A stretch of 64,000 bases of DNA from Bryobacterales bacterium. GTDB taxonomy: Bacteria; Acidobacteriota; Terriglobia; Bryobacterales; UBA6623. Below the pieces are notes generated by a model. That model saw nothing but the letters and a program-made list of their open reading frames with translations, did no database searches and was not told where the DNA came from. The position numbers and the translations under genes are program-made. Shown here piece after piece: positions 9,275 to 18,280 of this stretch. Position 1 is the first letter of the stretch; each line of letters starts with the position of its first letter. Where the stretch lies: positions 482,909 to 546,908 of the forward strand of contig CBDCTD010000002.1 in the NCBI GenBank assembly GCA_965222095.1, in the 5' to 3' direction.

Positions 9275-9530
9275 TATCGATAGTCATATGTCTCCCCGCT
9301 TTGCCATCGAACAGGAACGTTTGCGGAGGATGGCAAGAAGAAGCTAAAGCCCGAATTCAAAGCGACTTCGGCAAGCTCATCGGACTGGACGTCAATCCGA
9401 AAACCTAGTAAGCTGCCTAGATCCCAGTTGGAAGAGCGGGATCTCAGCGAGAGATCGAGACGTGCGAGCTTCGCAACCTACGGAAGGTTCCCCAAGAGCT
9501 GCGGTGAACGTTGTGGCCGGCCACGAGCCA

Positions 9531-10739
9531 ATGGGCAATCGGCCGATCTCAGCGGAGTACCGCCAGTTGGTGGAAAAGGCACAGCGGAGCCACGAGCAGG
9601 GACGCCGCACGGATACGATCGAAGCGACGGAAGTGGATCTAGCGAGGCTCTACGCGTACGCCTTTCGGATTCACACGATCGGCTCCTTTTACGCCACCGG
9701 GGAGGCGTTGAAATCCCACCTTGCTGAAAACGAGTTGACCCGTGCCCATCTTCAACGCGCCATCGAGCAATTGGAAGACTTGGCCAACCAGGGGATGGAA
9801 CCGGTTCCGGACGACTTTCGGGCGGTACTGTCGAGCTTTTACCGCTACCACCGCGGAGTGGAGCGCGTGGTTGACGCCCTCTCGCAAGCGCAATCTACCT
9901 CGGGGAATCATTCGCTTTCGACAATTGCGGAGCACTTTGCAGCCGCCATGAGCGGGATTCAAAGCTGCAACGGGATCTATCTAACCCAGGATACCGGCGC
10001 GCCCGAGCAAGCTAGTTTCATTGTCCCGAACCTAGGCATTACGATCGTGCCGTTGGTTTACGGCGACAATCACTCTTGGAACCTAGCCTACCTGACACCT
10101 GAAAACCTGGACGTCCCGAACCACCGTCACCGTTTCGGCGTCGAGATTCACCTCGGATACAGGCCGATCGAAGGGCACATGGTGCTCGGGGATTGCAAGG
10201 CGCCCGTAACCGAGGGCTACGCCCTACCCGTTCCGTCGATGACCCGCCACGGTTGGATCAACACATTTGGAGAGATTCACCACGTTCCTTTCATCTTCGG
10301 TTCCCTGATGCACGCCGGATGGGGAGTTTTCATGGACGTCGAACCGCGGCCGATCCCCGTCGATGAGTTAGAAACGGTAGACCGTGGCCACTGGAAGATG
10401 GGGCCGACCATATTCTTGGAACGCGAGATCCACAACTTCGCTTCTTCGATGGCGTCTCAACGAAGCGTCCTGATTCCGGCAGCCGTCATGGACCGTAACG
10501 GGAGCGGAGGTCTTGAACTAGCCATCGCGAGGGCTAATCCTGCTGGATTCTCCTATCCGATCGATCATTATCGAACCGCCTCGGTTGTTATGGGGAACGG
10601 GATTCTAGAGATTGGTCCCGTGGCTTGTGAGATCCAGCCGCACGACCATTTCGGCGTCCCCGCCGGAATGACAGCCTCGATGCGGCAAGTGGGCGAAGAA
10701 CCTCTCGTCGTTCTTGATGCGTTGATCCGAACGTTTTAG
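9531..10739 (+). CDS. cupin-domain protein with a long helical N-terminal extension (function unknown)
   Basis: Both cupin metal-site motifs are present: HRHRFGVE (HxH-x4-E) and PSMTRHGWIN (H-x3-N). A second cupin-like barrel lies at the C-terminus. The start could instead be the GTG at 9462. Confidence 0.55.
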   Translation: MGNRPISAEYRQLVEKAQRSHEQGRRTDTIEATEVDLARLYAYAFRIHTIGSFYATGEALKSHLAENELTRAHLQRAIEQLEDLANQGMEPVPDDFRAVLSSFYRYHRGVERVVDALSQAQSTSGNHSLSTIAEHFAAAMSGIQSCNGIYLTQDTGAPEQASFIVPNLGITIVPLVYGDNHSWNLAYLTPENLDVPNHRHRFGVEIHLGYRPIEGHMVLGDCKAPVTEGYALPVPSMTRHGWINTFGEIHHVPFIFGSLMHAGWGVFMDVEPRPIPVDELETVDRGHWKMGPTIFLEREIHNFASSMASQRSVLIPAAVMDRNGSGGLELAIARANPAGFSYPIDHYRTASVVMGNGILEIGPVACEIQPHDHFGVPAGMTASMRQVGEEPLVVLDALIRTF

Positions 10740-10782
10740 CTGAGACGCCCCCCTAACAGCCCCGTTTCACCCACGCCACGCC

Positions 10783-11442
10783 ATGAAACAATACGATCCC
10801 GCTTTACCCCTGTTTATGATCCACATCCCGAAAACCGGGGGGGCCAGCGTGCTGGAGTGCGTTAAGGACTGGTTCGGTGATGGGCTCCTGCTGCACTATT
10901 ACGATGCCGTGAACGGCAAAATGCCGGAGAAATATGACCTCGCCCGCGTGCATAGCCGGGAGACGCCGGTAATGCTGTATGGCCACTTCAACAAGAAACG
11001 CCACTTCGGGATACCGGACTATTACCCCGAAGCCTCACAGTTCATCACCATCCTGCGGGACCCCTTTGAAAGGATGATCTCCGGTTACTACTTCCTCCGC
11101 CGGGTTGGCGTTGCCTGGAAGGACAAATCACTCATCCCCCAGACTGATATTGGAGAGTTCCTGCTGCAATACCCGATCCGGCATGGAGCACCATTTTCCA
11201 GTGGAAGTCACAATGGAAAACTACCAGGAGGTGATAGAGAACAACTTCATCGAGATCGGCATTACCGAGCACCTCGACGCATTGCCGCAAAACTGGGGAA
11301 GCCCTATGACTCCAAGACACTGAAACATCTCAACATCTCAAAGCGTGATGAAAACGTCCCCTATGAACTAAAGGCAGAATTCATGGCCAAGAACCCGCTG
11401 GCGTATGCCGTCCACAACTACGCCCTAAGCAAATATGAGTGA
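10783..11442 (+). CDS. sulfotransferase-family protein with an internally frame-scrambled segment
   Basis: The PAPS-binding motifs IHIPKTGGAS (5'-PSB) and LRDPFERMISGYY (3'-PB) are present. The conserved F.EIGITEHLD block is encoded in the +1 frame between about 11183 and 11281 (see findings). Confidence 0.65.
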   Translation: MKQYDPALPLFMIHIPKTGGASVLECVKDWFGDGLLLHYYDAVNGKMPEKYDLARVHSRETPVMLYGHFNKKRHFGIPDYYPEASQFITILRDPFERMISGYYFLRRVGVAWKDKSLIPQTDIGEFLLQYPIRHGAPFSSGSHNGKLPGGDREQLHRDRHYRAPRRIAAKLGKPYDSKTLKHLNISKRDENVPYELKAEFMAKNPLAYAVHNYALSKYE

Positions 11443-12349
11443 GAGCATAGGCGACCATGGAGCCTTCGGGAGAGATTGATGCTATCCGCATTAGGAACAC
11501 TTTCAGCGAGTCCGGCGTGAATGAGAACTTTCGAACTTTGGGCTGGGGTGTCTCCGAGTCCCACACGTCAAGAAAGGGCAGGGGCCAACGGCCGTCACAG
11601 CAGCGCCTACTATAGTAGCACCCGCTTGAATCCGCTTTTTTAGCTTCGGAGCGGTTCGCCCCTTTCGGCTAACCTGATCGCCGCCTGAGCTTTCCCCTCC
11701 GCCAATCGAGCATAAGGGTGTTTGCGGTTTGGTGGGCTGTCCGAAATTCCCGCACTGAGTCTGTCTGCCGGCAAGAGTTGGAATCCAAGCGGCAGCAAAC
11801 CTAGCAGGGAAAGATTGCGCCCTGGTTGAAAGTAGGAGCTAGCTTCACGGCTCGAGCTGGGCGTTGTCGGGACGATTGCTTTTCTTTTTCGAGTTGAGTG
11901 TCAGCGCCACAAGCAGTATCAGGAAAGCAACAGACAAGACTATGGGTAACATGGTAGTGGGACTTTTTCCATGTACGATGAGTAGTTGTGCTAGGAATAT
12001 TTTGAACTTAGGACACGTTCAAAACAATAGATCAAGCGTACTTTTCTAGGCTGGTCCTACGGTTCTGTTTCCACTAGGAAGAAGCCCCTACGGAGCGGGT
12101 ACGTACGTCTGATAGCCTACTCCCTCCCTCTCTGCTATTCACGGCGCGCGGGCCGCCTTTGCGCCTCCCCAGACGAGGGAGAGTCCGGGAACCTTCTACT
12201 TGACGCGATGGTGCACAGAAGTTGATACTGTCAGCAGCGTTCCCGCTTGTTTGAGGGAATCCCACTGAAGGGTTTCCCTCCTCCCCCCGTGGCGGCATTG
12301 CGTCAACCCATGTTTTGGGTGAGCGCGTCGATATGGTGTTTGGAGTCCG

Positions 12350-12976
12350 ATGCCCGAGCCGACGAAACTGGAAGTAGAAGGCGTCCACCCGCTACCTCCT
12401 CTGATCTTGCACCCCTTCAGCGAGTCGTCTTCCACCGTCCAGATTCTCGAGAGCGCCAAAGCGTCGCTTTCGTTGATAAAGGAGGGATCCTCCTCGGACG
12501 AAAAGCAGAAAGAACTGGAGCGGCACGTTCTGGAGGGACGTTATGCCGAGCTCCGCATGCTGTTTTACGTCGGCAAGGACGTTTGCCGCTGGATCGAGCA
12601 ATGCATGGACGCCTGCCGGCGCTCGGAAGAGTTGGACGCCACCGAGTTGGCGGAGCAGAGCTTCGCACATCTGCTGATCAAGCAGACCCCGAGTGATGTG
12701 GCCGAGAAGCTGCAAAGCTGGGGGGTGGTCGAATACCCGCGCATTTTCGCCCGCTCGATCGGCCTCTATATGCAGTTCCGTCAACCGCCGTCCACCAAGA
12801 TCCTGCAGGCGGATTACTTGCGCTCCTACTTTCGCTACGCCGACTATGCCTATACGTGCTGGAGAGACTCCAAAGCGTACGCCATCCTGCCCCAGCCCCA
12901 GTTTCCGTTCCCGCTCTACGCCTCCGGGGAATACACGAAACTGTTGGAAGAAGAGTGGAAAGACGTCGCCGAGTAG
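12350..12976 (+). CDS. hypothetical protein
   Basis: 208-aa ORF with protein-like composition and no recognisable motifs. It is the only coding-quality frame here; the overlapping ORFs are Arg/Pro/Ala-rich GC artefacts. Confidence 0.5.
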   Translation: MPEPTKLEVEGVHPLPPLILHPFSESSSTVQILESAKASLSLIKEGSSSDEKQKELERHVLEGRYAELRMLFYVGKDVCRWIEQCMDACRRSEELDATELAEQSFAHLLIKQTPSDVAEKLQSWGVVEYPRIFARSIGLYMQFRQPPSTKILQADYLRSYFRYADYAYTCWRDSKAYAILPQPQFPFPLYASGEYTKLLEEEWKDVAE

Positions 12977-13159
12977 GAGGAATTCTTTCGGGCCGTTGCA
13001 TAGCTACTTCCCGGCGCGAAATACGCTTGCGGCTCGCCGCAGGGACTGTCACCAATTTCGCGCGCACAAAGAATCAACAAGTTGCGGAGGTATCCGGTCG
13101 CGAAATTGGCTGACTGTCCCAAGCCACCGCTCAGTTCCTCTTTTTGCACCGGAAAGTAG

Positions 13160-13606
13160 TTAGCTGCTTTCCCCTCCCTCGGAAGTTCTGCTTCGCATAA
13201 AGGCTTCGACTAGAGCGTCAATTTGGTCGCGAACCCGGCGGAAGACAGCCAGCCTTTCTTCTTCGCTGCCCTCAGCCTGCGCTGGATCTTCCAAACTCCA
13301 ATGAAGCTTGCTGGTTTCGGAAGGGAACCTGGGGCAAGACTCGCGGGCGCTGTCGCACACAGTGACGACGTCCGTGAAAGGTTTGTCGACTAGGGAATCG
13401 ACGTGCTTGGAGGCGTGTGCGGAGATGTCGATTCCTACCTCTTGCATGACGGCGACCGCGCTAGGGTTGAGACCGACGGCATTCGTTCCGGCGCTGGCGA
13501 CTTCCATGCGATCCCCCGCATGGTGGCGCAGCAAGCCCTCCGCCATCTGGCTGCGGCAAGAGTTGCCGGTACAAAGGAAGAGGACCTTGGGTTTTTCCAC
13601 TTTCAA
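13160..13606 (-). CDS. arsC: arsenate reductase, LMW-PTP family (thioredoxin-coupled type)
   Basis: Has the CTGNSCRS P-loop (CX5R) plus the downstream Cys pair in VTVCDSARESCP. Confidence 0.82.
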   Translation of the reverse strand: MKVEKPKVLFLCTGNSCRSQMAEGLLRHHAGDRMEVASAGTNAVGLNPSAVAVMQEVGIDISAHASKHVDSLVDKPFTDVVTVCDSARESCPRFPSETSKLHWSLEDPAQAEGSEEERLAVFRRVRDQIDALVEAFMRSRTSEGGESS

Positions 13607-13627
13607 GTCAACTTAGCAGGTCCGTGA

Positions 13628-13899
13628 ATGGTACCGTATAAGGTACCACCCACGGCGGCGGCTCCCACGATCCTTGCCAGGATGAGACGTAACCCTCGGG
13701 ACTGGCGGATTGAGGACCTGAAGACAGTGGCTAGGCGGTGGGGCATAGAGGTGGACCAAGGCGCCACCAGCCACGTGGTGTTCGCCACCCAAGGGCAGGT
13801 CGGCTTTGTGTCCCGGCACGCCGGCCGATTAAGCCGGTATACATCCGACTTTTTCCGCGGATAATCGATCGGTTGGAGGAAACCCATGAGGAAGATTAG
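13628..13899 (+). pseudogene. hicA: HicA-like toxin, probable 1-nt frameshift near 13805..13810
   Basis: The N-terminal 60 aa look HicA/YcfA-like (RIEDLKTVARRWGIEVDQGATSHVVF). After about 13808 the family-like tail VPARRPIKPVYIRLF...IDRLEE is in another frame. That frame stops at 13899 and overlaps the hicB start. The annotated frame stops at 13864. Confidence 0.5.
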
Positions 13900-14251
13900 C
13901 TACCCCTTCACTATAAGACCGCTTGAAGCAGAAGAGGGAGGCGGTTACTTGATCGAGTTTACCGACCTGCCTGGCTGTATCTCCGACGGCGAGACACCGG
14001 AAGAAGCGATGAGTAATGGGCAAGATGCGTTGGAAGCTTACCTCGCGAGCTGCAAGAAACACGGCGACCCTGTTCCGAAGCCGGGCGTATCGATGAGCGG
14101 GCAATGGCGACAGAGGGTTCCTAAGACTCTCCACGCTCGCTTGGCTGCGCGGGCACAGCAAGAAGGCGTGAGCCTCAACACGCTTGTGGCAGTTCTTGTC
14201 GCCGAGGGTTTAGGACGCCGCGAAGCGGCAAAGCGAGGCAGAAAGCAGTGA
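13886..14251 (+). CDS. hicB: HicB-family antitoxin with C-terminal ribbon-helix-helix
   Basis: Contains YLIEFTDLPGC.SDGETPEEA...DALE.YL and a C-terminal ...RVPKTLHARLAARAQQEGVSLNTLV segment (RHH). Confidence 0.85.
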   Translation: MRKISYPFTIRPLEAEEGGGYLIEFTDLPGCISDGETPEEAMSNGQDALEAYLASCKKHGDPVPKPGVSMSGQWRQRVPKTLHARLAARAQQEGVSLNTLVAVLVAEGLGRREAAKRGRKQ

Positions 14252-14280
14252 CGCCGCCCGGCCGCGGTTGATCCGCCGCC

Positions 14281-15546
14281 TCATCCTCTTGTCAACTCCC
14301 GCCTGCTGGGTCTCAGCTTGCTGAAGTCAGCACCAGAGATGACGTAATACCAGTCGGCAAACCGGTTTCGTAGTTCGCGGGCAAGCTCTTTCCCTTTTTC
14401 GTCGGGTTCTTTGTCTTCCGCGTACTTTTTAGCCCGCGCTTCACTGTAGTTGACGGTGATGAAGACGTAGCGCCGCTCTTGCTGTTGATCTGCCTTCGAG
14501 GCCGCCTCCGATGGTTCGGAGCCGGCTTCCCCCATCTGAGCGCTCGATCCGCCTGATGCGATTTCGCCAAAGCGCAGCGTGTATTGAAGACCGTTGGCTG
14601 TCTCGACGAGGATCTCGCCTTCGTTAGAGAACAACTGTCCCGTGCGGACAATGAAAAACCCCTTCTGCCGAAGCGAGGCAATGGATTCCATCGACAGCGT
14701 AATCCCCTTGGCGGTTTTCAAATCCCGCGTAAGATTGGCCGGCTTGGGCTGCACGTCGACGATGCGCAGGTTGTCGAGGGCTCCGGTGAGGTCGCTCATC
14801 TTGTCGGAGTTCGGTGTCCCCCTACCGCTGATTCTCCACTTGTCCTTCGTCTTGGTGAGCCTCACTTTCTCCATGTTTTCGAGTCGTCCTATCCGCTCAT
14901 TGATGGAATAGCTGTTGATGTTAACCTTGCGGATGTCGGCGATGTTGAGCTTAAGCAGATCAGTCTCGATCCAATCTTCAAACTTGGCCGATATGTCGGC
15001 ATCGGTCTTTACCGCGTAGATGCGTTTCTGGGACGGGACACGCATGTAGCGATAACCGGGTTTACCGGGGACCTTCCTGCCGACCACAAAATCAGCTAGT
15101 GGATCGCCGTTTTCATCCCGCAGAGTGACGCGCTTACCACGTCCGGCCAGCGAGGAGGCCGACTGATCCAGAGGATCGATCACGTCGTACTCGGCGTCGT
15201 CTTCGGCGCGGTCGGATATGATCATGTCCTTGCGTAGCTCGATCAGCGCGGCGGCGGTGTTCGCCAGCCGTTCTTCCGCGTCAGCCGGGTAGCTGTGGTG
15301 CGAGGGAATCGACCACTTGCTGTCCTTGAACTCCACTTTCAACGGGCGTGCTGTCGCCGTGGCCGCGTCGTAGTCGATCACTTCGATCATCTTGGGAGCC
15401 TGCGGGTCGGTGAAATCGGGGGAAAAGGCTTCGCCCTGATCATTGAAGATCTCCGGCGTCACTCGGCCCGGGTCAACGACGGTCGCAGAGGCCACTAAGA
15501 CGGCGGCCACGACGCAGAATATCGCGGTTCGTTGAAGTTCACTCAT
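14281..15546 (-). CDS. DUF4340-like protein, partner of the GldG-type ABC system
   Basis: 421-aa protein with an N-terminal membrane anchor. Its position immediately downstream of the GldF/G-like gene matches the usual DUF4340 context. Confidence 0.6.
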   Translation of the reverse strand: MSELQRTAIFCVVAAVLVASATVVDPGRVTPEIFNDQGEAFSPDFTDPQAPKMIEVIDYDAATATARPLKVEFKDSKWSIPSHHSYPADAEERLANTAAALIELRKDMIISDRAEDDAEYDVIDPLDQSASSLAGRGKRVTLRDENGDPLADFVVGRKVPGKPGYRYMRVPSQKRIYAVKTDADISAKFEDWIETDLLKLNIADIRKVNINSYSINERIGRLENMEKVRLTKTKDKWRISGRGTPNSDKMSDLTGALDNLRIVDVQPKPANLTRDLKTAKGITLSMESIASLRQKGFFIVRTGQLFSNEGEILVETANGLQYTLRFGEIASGGSSAQMGEAGSEPSEAASKADQQQERRYVFITVNYSEARAKKYAEDKEPDEKGKELARELRNRFADWYYVISGADFSKLRPSRRELTRG

Positions 15547-15646
15547 CGTTCATCACCCGGTTTTCAAACTTAGTTGGCCCGCGCGGCGGATGATCTTGAG
15601 CCGAGCTGCTTGGGCGTCCACAGGCCCGTTTCTAGAGCTCTCGATT

Positions 15647-18280
15647 TCACCGTTTGTCTTCCAAAAGCCGGTCGGCTGAAACTCCCATTGTTTCGCGCCG
15701 CAATCGGCGCACGGCAACGACGACGAACAGCGCGAACGCCGGAACAGGGGGCAGCGCCACGGCCAGTAGTTTGATCGTATTCTGGATTCCTCGGATCGAG
15801 GATTCCATTTCCGCACGGCTACTCTCGATCTGGCGCTGTTTTTCGTCCTCAATATTTGCGCGGTCGACCGTCAGGCGCCGATTCTCGGCCTTCTGTTGGT
15901 TGGCGATCATGATGCGCTTCGTTTGCTCGTCCAAGTCGGTTCTTTTACGAAGCTCCTCGACGGCTTGGTCGAGGCGGGCCTGGGCTTCCTCAAGGCGCTT
16001 GTCGGCCGTTGCTTCCGCTTCCTGCGTTTCCTCGCGCCGCTGTTCTTCGTAAACCTTGGTTCGGGCTTCGACGGCTTGTAGAGTGCGGTGCTTACGGCGG
16101 CGCTTCCGCAGGGCGATGAACGAGTCGTCGCCAGCTAGCTGGTCAACGGCGTTCAGCAGGAACGTGACGTTGTCAAAGTTCAGGGTCTCGACGCCCTGAC
16201 GGCGTAGCTGGAAGAACTGCTCGCCCATCAGGTCTACATCGGCAATGACGATGGCGTTGATCGGGTGCTCCTCGGAAGGTCCCATCAAGCGTGCGGCCAG
16301 GACATAGCTTTCCTCATCCGGTTCGTGCGGCAGATTCGGTGCCAACTGGATACCGAACAGCGAGCGCTGCACCAGGCGGTGCCAGCGTGTTTGTCCCGAG
16401 TCAGTTCCGGTTTCGAGCAGCGGAGTGAACTCGGTCTTGCTGTTCTCGGCGGCCTTCAGTACCCCGGGATGAATCAGCACGACCTCCTGCAAACCCGAAG
16501 AGACGGCTTCATCCGGATTGAAAGGGGCTTCCGCCCCGTTGCCGGCTCCGACGAAAATCACCTCCTCCGGCATGCTACGGAACTGTGGGTGCGGGTTGTA
16601 CTTGTCCCAGGCGATGCGATCTGTCTGCCAATCCACGCCCAAAGCCTCCATCAGAGGCTTCACGTTGGCCGGCTGGCGCTGTGGCGCCCCTCGCGAAAAC
16701 GGGCTGGGCGGCAGCTGCTCAGGCGACAGCTCAACGCTGAACGCAGGAAGGGGATCGACCAGCAGCAGAGCAGGCTTGCCCTCCTTGACGAAGGTGGTGA
16801 TGCGGTCCAATTCCTCCTGCTGCAGGGTGTTCGGCAACACCACCATCAGTACGTCTAAATTGTCTGGGTAGTTCCTGCCAGGTTGTACCCGGACCACTTC
16901 GTACTGTTTGCGCAGTTCCGGGACGATTGACCAGTCCTGCGACTGCCGCTTGCTCTCAAAATCGAAACCGCCGAAGAGCTTGGCGCCGGTTTCAAGCACC
17001 CCCACTCTCTTGCGATCCGCGCGTGAGACCACCCGCATCGAGCGCATCAGCTCGTATTCGACAGGCAAGCCGGGGTCAAAGAAAGGAATCGCAAATTCTT
17101 CCGGGCCACACGTGAACACGACGCCGAGGAAGATTTCCGCGGCTCCCCCGGCGCTCTGCTCCCAAACGGGCACCGGGCGCGAGCGGATATTGAATTTGTC
17201 CTGTGCTTCGCGCGCTTCGTCGGTATACTTCTCCGTCGGGACAACGCGCACGAAAACACGGTCACCGCCCACGGCGTCGAATTCGCGAAGCAGCGTGATG
17301 ATGTTATTCCGCGCCTGCAAATAGCGCCGCGGCACATCGGGGCTGAGGAACGCTTGAACGAACACGGGCCTTTGGGAATCTATGCCGGATATCAATTCCC
17401 GGGTATCGGGGGACAGGGAGTGGATTCGCTCCGCGGTGACGTCGATGCGCCCGCCGAGCCGATTGGCCAGCACGGTCAGGCTTGCGATGATCACGACCAG
17501 CGCCAGGCCACGAATTGAATAGTGGCGTCCCAGACGCGGCGCATCTTTGCCGGTCGCCCAATGCCGGCGGCCCAGCAGGGCAACATTCAAGTACAGCATC
17601 ACCAAAGTAAATGACACAAAGTAAGCTACCGACGAAAGTGAAATGACTCCGGTCGAGAGATCTTTGAATTGTTCGGTAAACGAGAACCCTTCGACGAGGC
17701 GTTGAAGCGGCCCACTGACGATCACACCCGCATGATCAATGAAAACCGGTATGGCGCAAAACACAGCGCCTAGGATGAAGGCTACGGTCAGATTGTGCGT
17801 CAGCAACGAGGCAACCATCCCCAGCGCCAGCAACGCGGCGCCCATGAGCCAGTAGCCCAGGTACGTTGAAAACATAAGGCCGGCATCAGGACTTCCCAGC
17901 CACAACAAAACCAGAACGTGGCTGAACGAGAACACCAGCGCGACGGTGTAAATCGACAGCGCCGCCAGATATTTGCCCAACACGATCTCGATATCAGTAG
18001 CCGGTAGCGTCAAAAGAAGCTCGTCGGTGCCGGTGCGCTTTTCCTCGGCCCAAAGCGTCATCGTGATCGCTGGGATGAGAAACACCAGCAGGTACGGGAA
18101 GAAGCGATTGAGAGGATCGAGATTCGCCAGGTTGCTCGTGAAGAAGACTTCCTGCCAGAAAGCAGCGATCGCACTCAGGAACACGAAAAGAGTGATAAAG
18201 ACGTAACCGGTAGGACTGCTGAAATAGCTCATCAGCTCGCGTTTCAAAACGGCTTTCGGGATTTGCGAGTTGAGGTTCAT
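15647..18280 (-). CDS. fused ABC-2 permease (GldF-like) and GldG-like auxiliary domain protein
   Basis: 877 aa. The N-terminal ~240 aa are multi-span ABC-2 type permease. A large GldG-like extracytoplasmic domain follows, then a coiled-coil and a C-terminal TM. It overlaps the upstream ATPase gene by 4 nt. Confidence 0.78.
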   Translation of the reverse strand: MNLNSQIPKAVLKRELMSYFSSPTGYVFITLFVFLSAIAAFWQEVFFTSNLANLDPLNRFFPYLLVFLIPAITMTLWAEEKRTGTDELLLTLPATDIEIVLGKYLAALSIYTVALVFSFSHVLVLLWLGSPDAGLMFSTYLGYWLMGAALLALGMVASLLTHNLTVAFILGAVFCAIPVFIDHAGVIVSGPLQRLVEGFSFTEQFKDLSTGVISLSSVAYFVSFTLVMLYLNVALLGRRHWATGKDAPRLGRHYSIRGLALVVIIASLTVLANRLGGRIDVTAERIHSLSPDTRELISGIDSQRPVFVQAFLSPDVPRRYLQARNNIITLLREFDAVGGDRVFVRVVPTEKYTDEAREAQDKFNIRSRPVPVWEQSAGGAAEIFLGVVFTCGPEEFAIPFFDPGLPVEYELMRSMRVVSRADRKRVGVLETGAKLFGGFDFESKRQSQDWSIVPELRKQYEVVRVQPGRNYPDNLDVLMVVLPNTLQQEELDRITTFVKEGKPALLLVDPLPAFSVELSPEQLPPSPFSRGAPQRQPANVKPLMEALGVDWQTDRIAWDKYNPHPQFRSMPEEVIFVGAGNGAEAPFNPDEAVSSGLQEVVLIHPGVLKAAENSKTEFTPLLETGTDSGQTRWHRLVQRSLFGIQLAPNLPHEPDEESYVLAARLMGPSEEHPINAIVIADVDLMGEQFFQLRRQGVETLNFDNVTFLLNAVDQLAGDDSFIALRKRRRKHRTLQAVEARTKVYEEQRREETQEAEATADKRLEEAQARLDQAVEELRKRTDLDEQTKRIMIANQQKAENRRLTVDRANIEDEKQRQIESSRAEMESSIRGIQNTIKLLAVALPPVPAFALFVVVAVRRLRRETMGVSADRLLEDKR

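Noticed and set aside
11864-12459. ORF-track frames in the 900-bp gap (11864..12049, 12074..12388, 12196..12459, 12247..12696)
   Set aside because: None has a protein-like composition, an SD or any motif. They overlap one another in different frames.
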